DNA of 64,000 bases from Lama glama (taxonomy: Eukaryota). The position numbers and the translations under genes were made by a program. Below are positions 52,070 through 64,000 of this stretch, piece after piece. The DNA is taken from NCBI GenBank assembly GCA_028534125.1, contig CM052817.1, positions 70,310,001 to 70,374,000 of the forward strand, written 5' to 3'. The stretch's first letter is position 1. Every line of letters starts with the position of its first letter. The notes beneath the pieces are model-generated. The model was given only the letters and a program-made list of their open reading frames with translations, had not been told where the DNA came from and did no database searches.

Positions 52070-52774
52070 ATTTTTGCAAATGAAACTGACAAAGGTTTGA
52101 TCTCCAGAATATATAAGCAGCTCACATGATTTAATAAGAAAAAAACAAACAACCCAATCCAAAATTGGGCAGAAGACCTAAACAAGCAATTCTCCAAGGA
52201 AGAAATACAAATGATCAATAGGCAGATGAAAAAATGCTCAATATCACTAATTATCAGAGAAATGCAAATCAAAACTACAATGAGGTATCACCTCACGCCA
52301 GTCAGAATGGCCATCATTCAAAAGTCCACAAATGACACATGCTGGAGAGGTTGTGGTGAAAAGGGAACCCTCCTACACTGCTGGTGGGAATGCAGTTTGG
52401 TGCGGCCCCTGTGGAAAACAGTATGGAGATTCCTCAAAAGACTAGGAATAGACTTATCATATGACCTAGGAATCCCACTCCTGGGCATATATCCAGAAGG
52501 AACCCTACTTCAAAATGACACCTGCAGCCCAATGTTCATAGCAGCACTATTTACAATAGCCAAGACATGGAAACAGCCTAAATGTCCATCAACAGATGAC
52601 TGGATAAAGAAGAAGTGGTATATTTATACAACAGAATACTATTCAGCCATAAAAACTGACAACATAACGCCATTTGCGGCAACATGGATGTTACTGGAGA
52701 ATGTCATTCTAAGTGAAGTAAGCCAGAAAGAGAAAGAAAAATACCATATGAGATTGCTCATATGTGGAATCTAA
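52070..52774 (+). pseudogene. L1 ORF2p C-terminal remnant, including the CCHC zinc-knuckle
   Basis: '[18 protein letters not shown]' then one in-frame TGA (52127-52129), then '[20 protein letters not shown]...[18 protein letters not shown]...[21 protein letters not shown]'. Confidence 0.93.
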
Positions 52775-54129
52775 AAAAATAATTAAAAAATAAAATAAAT
52801 AAATAAAACAGAAAAAGACTCATAGACATAAAATACAAACTTGTGGTTGCCAGTGGGATGGTGGGTGGGAAAAGACTGGGATTTCAAAACGTAGAATAGA
52901 TAAACAAGATTGTACTGTGTAGCACAGGAAAATATATACAGGATCTTGTGGTGACTCACAGAGAAAGAGAATGTCACAATGAATGTACGTATGTTCATGT
53001 ATAACTGAAAAATTGTGCTCTACACTGGAATTTGACACAACTTTGTAAAATGATTATAACTCAATAAAAAATGTTTATATAAAAAAAGTTTTGTAATGTG
53101 ATTATACTACTTTATACTGATATATAAAAAGATATTGTAAGATTAATATAGATTTAGCATAATCTTATTATTTTATTTGTCTTGTTATATTTTAATCCCA
53201 TTGAAGAGAAGACAGTTTGTACATTCTAGTGTCAGAATGTATTCTCAGAAGCAGGCAGTTTTTGAAAGAATTTATATTTCTAAATTACTCAAGGACTTCA
53301 CACATTGCCTCACACCCCTCCCTTAATAATGGCAATTTCTTTCTTTCTTCTCAACTTTGTAAAAAAATTAAAGCAATATATCCAGTATAGAATGTGAACC
53401 AAGACTTTCTTCTAAGGTTGTTTAAAAATCCAAAACCCTATAACAGCCTTGGGTGTTGGTGCTGACTTAGGGTCAATGTCTGACTAAATCTATGTCAGTC
53501 GTATTTAAATGTAACTTTCCGTGGGTTGTGTGAGATTTTATTTGGAGGAAAGCACATGGGGGGGTTGTTTGTTTTATTTTTTCTGATTGTATTTTTGTCT
53601 CGTCTAGGTCTGAGCCATGCTTTTCCTTTCTCTGAAGTCTGCCTCATCATGTCTGTGTGTCCACCAGGTCAACATCTATGATAGCATTCATTCTTGGCTT
53701 CCTCACCACTCCCATTTTCACACACCTCTCATCATTTCCTTCATAACTATAATCTAGAATCATGCTGGAGCTCTAGGGTGTGGGGATAAATTCCTCTTCA
53801 AATGAGACCTGAAGAGGTCATCTGTCACTAGAAAGGACTCTTGCACCTTGAGAAAAGACCTTAACCTCCTGGGCTTATTCTACTCTCTCGGGGATATTTG
53901 TGCCTGAACTGAACCAGAAGAGATTATTTAAATCTCTTTATTTGTGGCAAGTCATACAGGGGGCAGGGTGAATGGTCGTTATGCTGATTTTCCATCACAT
54001 TTTTCGCAGTGGGAAGTTGGCTTCCTCCTGTGTCAAGGGAGCAAGCTTGTGGGACTACCCTCATTTCACATGGTGTTCAGCAGCCAGAGATGGTCAAAGT
54101 TTGAAAGCAACTGCTCGTACGGACCTGGG

Positions 54130-54955
54130 TGCATCTTCACTTGGTCTCCAGGACACCACTCTCTCCTATCTCTTCCTACTCTACTGGCTACTTCTACAAA
54201 GTCTCCTTTGCTGGTTCCTCTTCATGTTCCCAACCATTAAAATATCAGAGTATCTGAGATTTCAGTCACTGGGTCTTTTCACTCCTGTATCTACATAACA
54301 TTCTCTTTCTGATCTCATCCTCTTCCCTGGCTTTAAATACCACCTGAAAGTAGATGGTCCCAAATTTCTGTCTCTAGCCTGAACTACTTTTTGAACTCCA
54401 GACATCTCCTCTTGGATGTCTAATAAACATCTAAAAGTAAACATGTCCAACCCTGGACTCTTGCTTCTCCTCCCTAAATGTACTTTATCTACAATTTTAG
54501 CCATCTTAGTAAGTGACAAACTCACTCTTCCAGTTGTTCAAGTAAAAGCTTGGAGTCATCTTGAATCTTCTCTTATCACATTCAACATCCAGTCCATCAG
54601 CAAACCCTTTTGCCGCTACCTTTAATATCTATTCTTAATCTGATCACTTGTTACCTCCACCACTGCCTTAGGGCAAGCCATGGCATCTCTTTTCCTAGAA
54701 GATCAGAAGAGCTGCCTAACTAGTCTCATTGATTTTCTTCCTTACTTCTATAGTGTATTCTCCACAAAAGAAACTAGCTCTTTAAAATATAAATCAGATC
54801 ATGTCACTTCTCTGTTCATAACCCTCGAAAATATCCCGTCTCATTCATGAAAATAAACTACAACATCCTTACTGTTGTTCCATGGATGAGAAGCCTAATG
54901 TGATTCATCCCCCTGTTCTGTTCTTATTCTGCTACAGCCCTCCTGAATTACTGCA
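54130..54955 (+). mobile_element. L2a LINE fragment
   Basis: 'tctcctttgctggttcctct', 'tggctttaaatacca', 'gacatctcctcttggatgtctaata', 'aaatcagatcatgtcact'. Confidence 0.88.
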
Positions 54956-54962
54956 CTCGAGT

Positions 54963-55218
54963 CAGGGTTAGCTTACTCATTAGGCAGCAGGCACAGTGCT
55001 GAAGACCCATAATACTTTCAGGACAAAAGCTTTTAATTTATTTTAAAAACAGAAGAAAAAAGTAGGTTAAAAACAACATTTTAACATATAATATTAATAT
55101 ATTTGTCTTTATACCAACAGAGTCATAAAATATAGTTTGTAGTATTTTTTTTTTAATGTTGGAAGGGACCCACAAAGGTTAAATTTCCTAGGAACTGTGA
55201 AAATTTTCATAAAGTGGG
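54963..55218 (+). mobile_element. ORSL-like hAT-Tip100 DNA transposon
   Basis: 'aggcacagtgc...atataatattaatatatttgtctttataccaac.gagtcataaaatata...ggaagggaccca'. Confidence 0.8.
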
Positions 55219-55346
55219 AAAGCTAAGGAATCGTTCCCTCCTTTTTGGTTTTGCATCTCCTGTTGGAGCCCACACATCATTTTCAGTGACTGTTTTCCTT
55301 TCTTGTGCTCAGCACCTTCCCAAATGAGTTCAGAACCCCACTTCAC

Positions 55347-55350
55347 AAAA

Positions 55351-55389
<39 letters not shown>

Positions 55390-55390
55390 A
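55347..55390. repeat. (TAAA)n microsatellite
   Basis: Direct reading. Confidence 0.95.
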
Positions 55391-56683
55391 GGACACAAAT
55401 GAACAACTTATTATTTATAACTTAGATGACTGATTTCTTGAGTATGTGTAAGCACATTTGACTGTCCTTTATGATTGGATTACCACATTCTGTTGATTCT
55501 TATTTTGTGGTTGGCTTTATTTATTTGATAACTACGTAAGTCAACAAAGCTAAAGCTCTAATCTGTTCTTAGAAACAATGATCAGTACACATATGTAAAC
55601 TAAAAAAATATGTGTAGTATATTGTATATATGTATTTACATGCAATATAATGTGTATGTGTGGTCAAACTGTAATAAATCTACTTAATTAAACTTAAAAA
55701 AGGGAAAAAAAGAACCCCCCTTCACACAATTCTTCTTTTTAATCAACTAAATGTATTCCCACCTTTAGGCCACCCACAACTTTCTTAAGTATCTCCGTCC
55801 GCCTCCTGGGTGCAGTGAGAAAAAAATGAAAGGAAATTACCCTAATGGAACCAAAGAAGGGAGACCATCAGACTTGGAGCTCAACCTACTGATTACCTAT
55901 TTGCTGTTTAAAGAAAGTATCCTTTATTATTTCGTGTGCCCAAATTCCTTGAATTAAGAAAACAGACCTATTTTCAACCTCAACATTTATATGATTATCT
56001 TTGGTCTTTCCTTTTATAAAGCTTTTTTACCCTCTTGTATTGCAATAAAGGTGAAAGGTTTACCTTTAATTTTCTCCTCTAATAATTACAGCTTTTAAAT
56101 ATGGGTAAGTTATAGGTTATTGTATATACCTGGCCAGACCAGTACCTTTACAGCGATCAGAGAAATGGCTGAAACACCCTCCCTGGCATTAACTAAGAAG
56201 GGAAATTTTGGTAAAGAGTTCTAAGAGCATTCATATATTGGTTTTGTGAAGTCAGTTTCATTTGTAATATGCATATATGAAAACTTACACATAGTGCATA
56301 GTCTCAAAGCAATCCTAACTTAACCTTTTACTTCCCTTTTTATTTTCAAGAAAAATAGGTTCTTTCTAGAATGCGTTTTACTAGCCGTCTACTTAGTCTC
56401 TTGCTTTTTCATCTATTGCAATGCTTTGGAATGGATTACAGAAAGACACTTGGATACCTAGCACTGAAGGCCCTGGAAAACAGAGTATCGATTCCTGGAG
56501 TACGTTCCCATCTGAATGCACAGGAATGGGACAATCGAATTCTAAGTTCTTTCCATGCCCTTAATTTGATAAAGCAATTCGTAAAGCAGCACATTAATAA
56601 TCCATAGCTCATTTACCTGTAATTCCCTTTCTGATCAAGTTTCCTCCTAACTAATACCAGTTCAAACTGGTGAGACTTCAGAC

Positions 56684-56790
56684 AAGTGGTTTCTCAATCT
56701 TGACTGCACAACGGAGCCATCTGAGGAGCTTCAGAAAAGTGCTGCTGGCGGGCCCCGCCCTGGAGGCTCATTCAGTGTGTTTTGAGTACA
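56684..56790 (+). mobile_element. MER5-like hAT-Charlie fragment
   Basis: 'agtggtttctcaatcttgactgcac...atctgaggagctt...gggcccc'. Confidence 0.7.
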
Positions 56791-57838
56791 GAAGCACAGC
56801 TTGATTATTTGGTTACCATGTCATCAAAGCAGATTAAAAAGGAGGGGGAAAGCTGTTTCCCTTCTGCTTGGCTGTCTTGACAGCTAACAAATTAGTTTTC
56901 TACCCCGGAAAGAAAAATGGTACCTTTTTTTTTTTTAATTTTTAGTAAATAAAGTATGTTAACTCTGAGAGGTGGTTGTCCCCTCAAACAGCATGGCAAC
57001 GCACAGAAGGACAGTTGGGTGGGTCTGCATGGTCTTTCTATAAATGTCAACACCCACTTTGGGTCCCAAAGTAAATGTTTTTAATATTGTCTCATTCTGG
57101 ACTGTTTAAACACGCACTATATCAGCTTGTCTGCATTTCCTAATGTAATAACATGAATGTTTCCTGCAGCTCATTCTGGTTTTTCACTGGACATTAATTC
57201 TTTATTACATGTATTCTCCCTCTGAAAAACTACATCAGAAAAGGTTACAGAGTGTAATACTGATCAGCACAGTATTCTTGAGGGGTTAAGACCCAAATCT
57301 TTGTTAAGGAAAATACTGCAGTTGTCCACATAGATGTGAGCTATACCTGACCCTGTGTCCTTGGTTTCTTCCTGGTCTTCAACAAGGTAGCTTTAATATA
57401 CCCTGCTGCCATTTTCCAGGAATTCTCAGTCATTGATGGATGGGATTTCTATTCGTGTTAGTTCTTAGACAGAAGTAGATGGGGCAGAGGACTGAGGGTG
57501 TAGCTGCTTTTTACCTCCATCCTATTCTTCTTCCAGTCCTGCTAACGGGAGGAATGAAAGCAGCCCCACAAGAAAACTTTTTGCCCCCAAGCACTTTCAG
57601 GGTCAAGGCTGGGAATCCAGTGGGTCAACATCCCAAACCCTCTCTGTGCCACCCCCGTCAAACCTTTAGTTCCTGGGTTTCAATGTAGAGTGTGATAGCA
57701 TAAAAAGTCTTTCTTACCCAAATAAGGACATTTTAAGAGATGGTTTAGGTGGCGTGGAGAGGAGAGAGGAAAAAAAAATGGAGTTAGAAAAAAACCTCTG
57801 TAAAATTTTTTCTTATGAATCTGGATTTTTAAAATTAT

Positions 57839-58035
57839 ACCACAGCATTTTTCTCCTGTTGGCGCTCACTTCCCCTGGTTGGTATAAAAGCAGCAACAAC
57901 ACCCGCCTTTGTAGTCTCTCTCCTCTGTGTGCAGCCCCTGGTTTGTGAGAGGAAGTTTTAACCCTCTGTGAGGTGAATGCCAGGAATCGTTCTAGGATGA
58001 TTTACCAGAAGTCAGTCAGGAAGCTGACATGTGGT
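57839..58035 (+). promoter_or_regulatory. Candidate TATA core promoter/enhancer with ETS(PU.1) and RUNX motifs
   Basis: TATAAAAG at 57883-57890; AGAGGAAGT at 57948-57956; CACTTCCCC at 57867-57875; ACCACA at 57839 and TGTGGT at 58030; motif evidence only. Confidence 0.3.
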
Positions 58036-61000
58036 GTCTGTTTGTAAAGGAAGAAGCACAGAGCCAGGGCGTTTCATGTCACTGTGAGAACCCACATTGA
58101 CCTTTGATATAGAAACAGGTAGTATGATTATTTCAATATCATGCTTTCAAGTGAGAAATTTAACCTTACATCTGACTACTCTCACATCCCTCGTGGCACA
58201 ATGTGGAGCCTATGTCGGTCTGATTCAGAACCACTAACTCTTAAAACTGCTAAAGAAGCTGCCCCAGTCCCCCTTCTCCATCTGGGTTCCCTCTCAAGCA
58301 CAGACACGCTCTGTTGCTCTCTTATGGTCACCCAGCAACACAGGCTTAGAACCAGTCTTCTTTGCTCATTCATTCCCCCAAGTTACTTCTTTTGCTGGGA
58401 AATAGACATTTTAAATTGTAAGCTACTAGAAGACAGAGACTGTGTGTTTTAACCCGAATAGTAAAATGCCCAAGTCAAAGCAATGGAAAATACCAACCTG
58501 GGAGACAAGAGACCTGGAATCTTGGCTTAACTGTGCTGCTCGCCCTAGCAAGTCATTTGGTAAAATGAGGGCATTGGTTTATATGAAATCGAAGGTCTTT
58601 TTAGCTTATAATTGTGCACTGAAGAAAAATATTCGTCAACAGATGTCAACTGCCAAACACCATTCACAAGCCTTTCCATCATGGCGCCACTGTGTCCTCG
58701 CTCTTCCTCTGCCCTGCCCAGCCACCCTGCTCTGCTGTGACAGACCCCCACTCAGCCCAGAAACTGTAACTGGCCCGATTTTCACCACCTCTTTCCAAGG
58801 CTATGTGACTGAATCACTACTGTGTGTTTTGGTTATGTTTTCTCACTCAAGTGTGATCAAAACACTTGTCATCTTCCACATTTACATGCAGAAACCCCAG
58901 CAATGGCGTAGAGAAAGGAGTGTTCTTCTTGAGGGAAAGGATAAAATGGTGCTGTTGTATTTCTCCATCTGTGTTTTCAGAGCCCTTGAAAGAGCAGCAT
59001 ACTTGTTATTTAAAAGGTTATGATATTCAGAGAGAAAAAAATATCGTCAGGGTACAGTAGCTGCACTGGGTTTTGCTCCAAAGGCAGGAAATAGCTTGGC
59101 CAACCTGAAAATAAAATATGCTTCTCCTAAGCAGCTAAGCTTGTTAGACTCCCAGTCTGGTGGCAGGAGCAGCGTTGCATACATAATGTGGACACGCCAA
59201 TTCTTTTTCCAGAGATTTAAAAAAATCTTTCTCCTATTTTTTAATTCCACAAAAAGATTTTCCAAAATACAAAAAAGATTTTGCTCCCATGTTTCAACTA
59301 TCTTCATTCCTCAGATTTATTACTGTTGTTGCTTTCCCAGCAGACATTACCCAACATACCCTCAGGGAAAGGAAAGCTCTCAGCCCATCAACTTTCTGAT
59401 GCCTCAGGAACCCACTTTTTCCATAGAAGAGTAAATGGGTCACTTCCCTCCTCTGGCCTCACTACAAATGCTACCCACGCTTGCCCCCTATCCTATTTTC
59501 AGAATTGAATGACCAACTCAATTCTGCAAGGCCTCGACTACATCCGGTTAAGGTCACGGTTGATACTTAAAAGCAGTGGTCTTTTTTTTCCCCCAAAGGC
59601 TAGATTTTATCCCTCCCTCCACCCTTCCTCCCTTTCCCTTTTCCCTCTCCTTCTTCAATAGCGCTGTTATGAAGGGTCTGGCCACACACAGAGAATATTA
59701 CAGGAATAAAACCTAGGAAAGAGCACACAGTTATGAAATATTAAACTTAAAATTCTCTTTATTTTGCTCCCTCAATTCTCCTCCCCCTCCAAGAAAACAC
59801 GAACCCCGGCAGATTTGTGGTTCGTGTTATCTTCAGCTGTAAAAGCCAGCTGAACCAACAGAGCAGCCTTCTCTGTTTCCTGCTGCCTAGAGTTTTCAAA
59901 AGGAGCTACTGTAAAGGAACAGTTCCCTCTTTGGCCTATCGGACAGCTTTCTTAGAGGGAACAGATTAAACTAGAATCAGGCAGAGAAAGAACTCTGTAC
60001 GTTGTAGAGTTCTATACAAATGAAATCTATTAACATTGGGAGTTATTCCACAGCAGTTAAAGAGAGGAGGGGCAAGGACAGGAAAGTCAGAATGCCAGTT
60101 AGTGCCAGAACACGGTATTCTGCTTTTTCAGGAGTGATTTTTAAAAAGAGATGAAGAAGAAAGAAAGTCGAAGGATCCGTCCATTTCTTCAGTCAGCTCC
60201 AACGTAGGAACTGCAGTGGGGATTTGGCCTGAGGAAAGATTACCACATCAGACATTGATTCAGCTAAAGCCAACCCATTTCGAGGTGTCACCCATTAATT
60301 TATTGACTGCAAATAGGAATTTTGCCCAAGGCCAGAACTCACAATTGGTCCCAGTTGACCTGAAATAGACTTCCACAAGTGGCTGGGGAAAGGGAGTCTG
60401 TCTTTAGGATGTCTCTCCCTGGTCCACTCTTTCTTTCTTTATTCCATCTCCTGCTCCATCACACCGATAACACAGCATTCAAAGAGCTTCATTAGTCGAT
60501 GGTGTGCAAACAGCTGCTCAAAGGATTTGCGACTGGATTGATCCTGACGCTGCCAGTACACATAGCACAGGGCAGAAATGACTGTGCTATCCAATTTTGA
60601 CATCATCCCCTTTTCTTTCTTTCCCATCCCATGTACTAAACGTTCATTTAGTAAAAGAAAAGACAATATTCTTACAGAGTGGCTCCTTGCATTATGATGA
60701 AAGTCTTTGTTTATACACGTTTTCATATAAATACAAAATGGCTACTATTTTTCACTTCTGAAATGCATATTTAACATGCAAGCTACAAAAGTGAGAAAGA
60801 ATATTAAAGTAATATTTTGGGGAGTGATGACATGTGTAGCATTCTTAATAGTTAATCATTGAGACTGGAAAATGAATAGTCATTTGATGTAGCTGGGAAA
60901 TGGGCTAATGTTTTGCTAAGATTAAAGAGTAACTCTTCCCTTCCCTCCAATTGTGAGGCAATTTTTAAGACCCTCTGTGACATGCAGCTGAACTCGAGCT

Positions 61001-61289
61001 GCCCTTATAAGACCTGGCGACCCAGAGGCTAGAAACCAAATGATTTCTACCTTAGAGAAATGAACAATCACATAGGTTCACAAGGAAGCTTATGTAAAGA
61101 TGGTCTTTGTAGCATTTCCAGTAGCTAAAAACAAACAATCCAAAAGCCACATAATTGCAAATAACAGGGGAATGGCTAAATAAATATGACTTACCTATAC
61201 TACAGAACTCTACAACACAGTTAAAAAGAATGAGGTGAAATTCATGTACTAATAAGGACCTATCTCTAAGACACAGCAATTAAAAAAAC

Positions 61290-61564
61290 CCATACTGAAC
61301 ACTTATACATTGTTGATCAGAATGTAAAGTGGTCCAACTACTGTGGAAAAAAATATGAAGGTTTCTCAAAAAATTAAACACAGAGCTACTATACAATCCA
61401 GAAATTCCACTTTTGGGTATACTGCCCCAAAAATGAAAAGGAGATTTTGATGAGATGTGTGCACTCCCATGTTTATTGCAGCATTATTCACAATAGCCAA
61501 GATATGGAAACAACCCAAATGCCCCCTTCATTGTATGAATGGATAAAAAAGATGTGGGATATAT

Positions 61565-61595
<31 letters not shown>

Positions 61596-61690
61596 TATAT
61601 ATATACACAATGGAATATTACTCAGCCATGAGAAAGGAGAATGTCCTTCCATTTGTGACAACATGAATGGGCCTTGTGCAAAATTTTATT
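61290..61690 (+). mobile_element. L1 (L1MA/MB-like) ORF2 3' fragment with (TA)n
   Basis: 'cactcccatgtttattgcagcattattcacaatagccaagatatggaaacaacc'; (TA)n at about 61559-61606. Confidence 0.8.
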
Positions 61691-61844
61691 AAAACAACAC
61701 ATACTATTTATATTAAAAACATACACACATAAAACAACACTTTATAGCTTCTACCTAGAAGAAGGTCTGTGAAGAAAACATGGTAAACTGATAAAAGATT
61801 CCCTTGGGAGAGGCTGGGGTGGAACTGGGATTAAGAATAGTGAT

Positions 61845-62778
61845 GATCAAAAAATGGGCAGACCTCAACAGACATTTCTCCAGTGAAGACATACAGATGG
61901 CCAGTAGGCAAATTTAAAAAATGCTCAATATTGCTAATTATCAGAGAAATGCAAGTCAAAACTACAATGAGGTATCACCTCATACTGGTCAGAATGGTCA
62001 TCATTAAAAAGGCTACAAAAGATAAATGCTGGAAAGGGTGTGGAGAAGAGAGAACCCTCTTACACTATTGATAGGAATGTAGTTTGGTGCAGCCACTATG
62101 GAAAACAGTATGAAAGTATGAGTCTAAAAATGGACTCACCATATGATCCAGAAATCCCACTCCTGGGCATATATCTGAAGAAAACTCTAATTTGAAAAAC
62201 ACATACACCCCAATATTCAGAGCAGCACTATTTATAATAGCCAAGACATGGAAGCAATCTAAAAATGTCCATGAACAGATTATGGAATAAAGAAGTTGTG
62301 ATATACATTACAATGGAATACTACTCAGCCACAAAAAAGAATGAAATAATGCCACTTGCAGCAACATGGATGGAGCTAGAGATTATCATACTAAGTGAAG
62401 TAAGTCAGACAGAGAAAGATCTATATCACTTATATGTGGAATCTTAAAATAAATGACACAAATGAACTTATTTACAAAAGAGAAAGAGATTCACAGACAC
62501 AGAAAACAATCTTACAGTTACCAAAGGGGAAAGTGGGGGGAAGGGATAAATTAGGAGTGTGGCATTAGCAGATACAAATTACTACATGCAAAATAAACAA
62601 GGTCCTGATGTATAGCTCTGGGAACTATAGTCACTAGCTTATAATAATATACTCAGTAGCTTATAATAACCTATAATGAAAAAGAATATGAAAAAAAACA
62701 TGTATAACTGTATCACTGTGCTGTACACCAGAAAATAATACAACATTGTATATCAACTATATATACTTCAATAAAAAA
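61845..62778 (+). mobile_element. 5'-truncated cetartiodactyl-type L1 with degenerate TSD
   Basis: Frameshifted ORF2 end ([35 protein letters not shown]), 3' UTR, poly-A; aagaatagtgat at 61833-61844 vs aagaatggcggt at 62779-62790. Confidence 0.88.
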
Positions 62779-64000
62779 AAGAATGGCGGTAAAAGGGGAG
62801 TTTAGTCTTCTATTTAATATTTTCATTTTTTACAAAGAAACCGTATCCATATATTACTTATGCAGTTAAAATTTAAGTCCTTTTAAACAATCACAGTATT
62901 ATGAGGTTAAAACATTAATTTCTTGCTTTGCTCTATTTAGCAGACCCTTAATACTGTCATGAAAATCAGCTATTCCTCTTCCTGAGGCTTATGTACTCCT
63001 GATGTTCTGTTCTAGCAGAGCAATGGGAAAGGAGAGTAAACAAAGTCGAATTGGAACTAAATCTCAACATGGAATAAAACATCAGTTATCTCCCTTCTCC
63101 ACTCTTTCTTGGATCTACTACTTCTCAGTGGCCACCCACAGCTACCCTGAAAGAAACAGAATCTTAGAACTGTGAGGCTCCATGGCTTTTGCTTTGGCTC
63201 CCTTGTTTTTAAGGTGAGGGGATTGGTGTGCTCAAGTTAGAGTCCATTGCTTCCAAGGACTAATCCTGTTCTCCACAACTGCATTCTATTGCCCTCCCTT
63301 GGGAGGGAGGTGGGGGCGGGTTGTCTTCCCCGTCCAGCTCTGCAAACTCCTCCTACTAATTTCAGCAGCGAAAAGGTTGCTTTTTTCCTGAAAAGATGTT
63401 CTACAAAGTAAATTTTTTGTGGTGATATATTTCAGTAATACTACTAATTAAAAAAAAAAACCTCAAAAAAAGTTAAGACCAGAAGGTAGATTCAGTTTTA
63501 ATGAAGTGTTCTTCTTTTACCTTGCTTTTATGTTGCTCCTTTTTATCTCTTCATCAAGGAAACTGTGTTCCATCGAGCCTCCGGGTATGATAAATAACTT
63601 ACAAGGATGCACTGTTGTACATTACTCTCTTGACAGGGTGACTCACAACACTGATAGGTATTATCTACATTCTTTAAATGGTTTCCTGCAGGGGTAAACC
63701 CATGCACACCCAGAAATACAAAAGCACATGAGGATCAAATTTCTACAGGTGACTTGTTTGGCCCATCCCTATTTCCTTGCAAAAGGTTGCTTAGAAAACT
63801 GCAACTACAATCAAAAAGGCATAGGCAACTGAGGAACAGATGTCAGCATTCTCCTTGGATCTGGAGCATTCCAGGATGGTTCAGTAAACAGCTCATCTCT
63901 CTAGCTGTCCAGTCCTTCGTGGGCTCCAAGAGAAAAGGGTGGTGGTTGTGCTGGCTGGGAGAGGCATGAACAGACTGAAACCGTGCCTCCCTAGCTGTGC

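Larger units (their letters stand above)
51956..53083 (+). mobile_element. Young 5'-truncated L1 (camelid-type) spanning the assembly gap, 12-bp TSD
   Basis: TSD aaaagttttgta at 51944-51955 and 53084-53095 at a TTT/AAAA site; ORF2 C-terminus, 3' UTR and AATAAA tail. Confidence 0.92.
61040..62880 (+). mobile_element. Ancient L1ME 3' end interrupted by two younger L1 fragments
   Basis: L1ME-like pieces at about 61040-61285, 61740-61844 and 62791-62880. Confidence 0.6.

Noticed and set aside
52211..52774. 187-aa ORF as a host gene
   Set aside because: It is the C-terminus of L1 ORF2p in a truncated retrotransposon with an upstream in-frame stop
58442..59023. Longest ORF in the track (193 aa)
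   Set aside because: Non-ATG start, begins in L2/MIR-like sequence, no recognisable domain or exon structure; consistent with a chance ORF
59922..60021. H/ACA snoRNA call
   Set aside because: Box-like motifs are present, but the hairpins are too short and lack pseudouridylation pockets; kept only as part of the hairpin-cluster finding
60439..60726. 95-aa minus-strand ORF
   Set aside because: No recognisable family or supporting splice structure
1..64000. CRISPR arrays, operons or other prokaryotic systems
   Set aside because: The sequence is mammalian; the short direct repeats occur as two copies only, with no repeat-spacer structure

Overview
Mammalian genomic DNA, most likely camelid (alpaca/camel group): it carries four copies of a tRNA-Ala-derived SINE matching the camelid vic-1 type, plus a young L1 3' end. 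The window looks intergenic or deep-intronic. I could not identify any host protein-coding exon; the only ORF with a recognisable product is the C-terminus of L1 ORF2p (52211-52774). A large part is fossil transposable elements: MIR, L2, L3/CR1, old and young L1, MaLR/ERVL/ERV1 solo LTRs and hAT DNA transposons. There are also microsatellites and one 100-N assembly gap. Repeat subfamily names come from recalled consensus sequences, boundaries are approximate, and both need RepeatMasker/Dfam confirmation. I see no convincing novel biological system. The best leads are modest: a cluster of five inverted repeats at 59.8-60.0 kb; a MER41-like LTR whose STAT site has STAT6-type spacing; a CpG-rich LTR block beside a candidate minus-strand spliced transcript with a 44-aa smORF; a TATA/PU.1/RUNX promoter-like module at 57.9 kb; a strong CTCF motif at 44.5 kb; and one SINE copy that still folds as a full tRNA-Ala cloverleaf.
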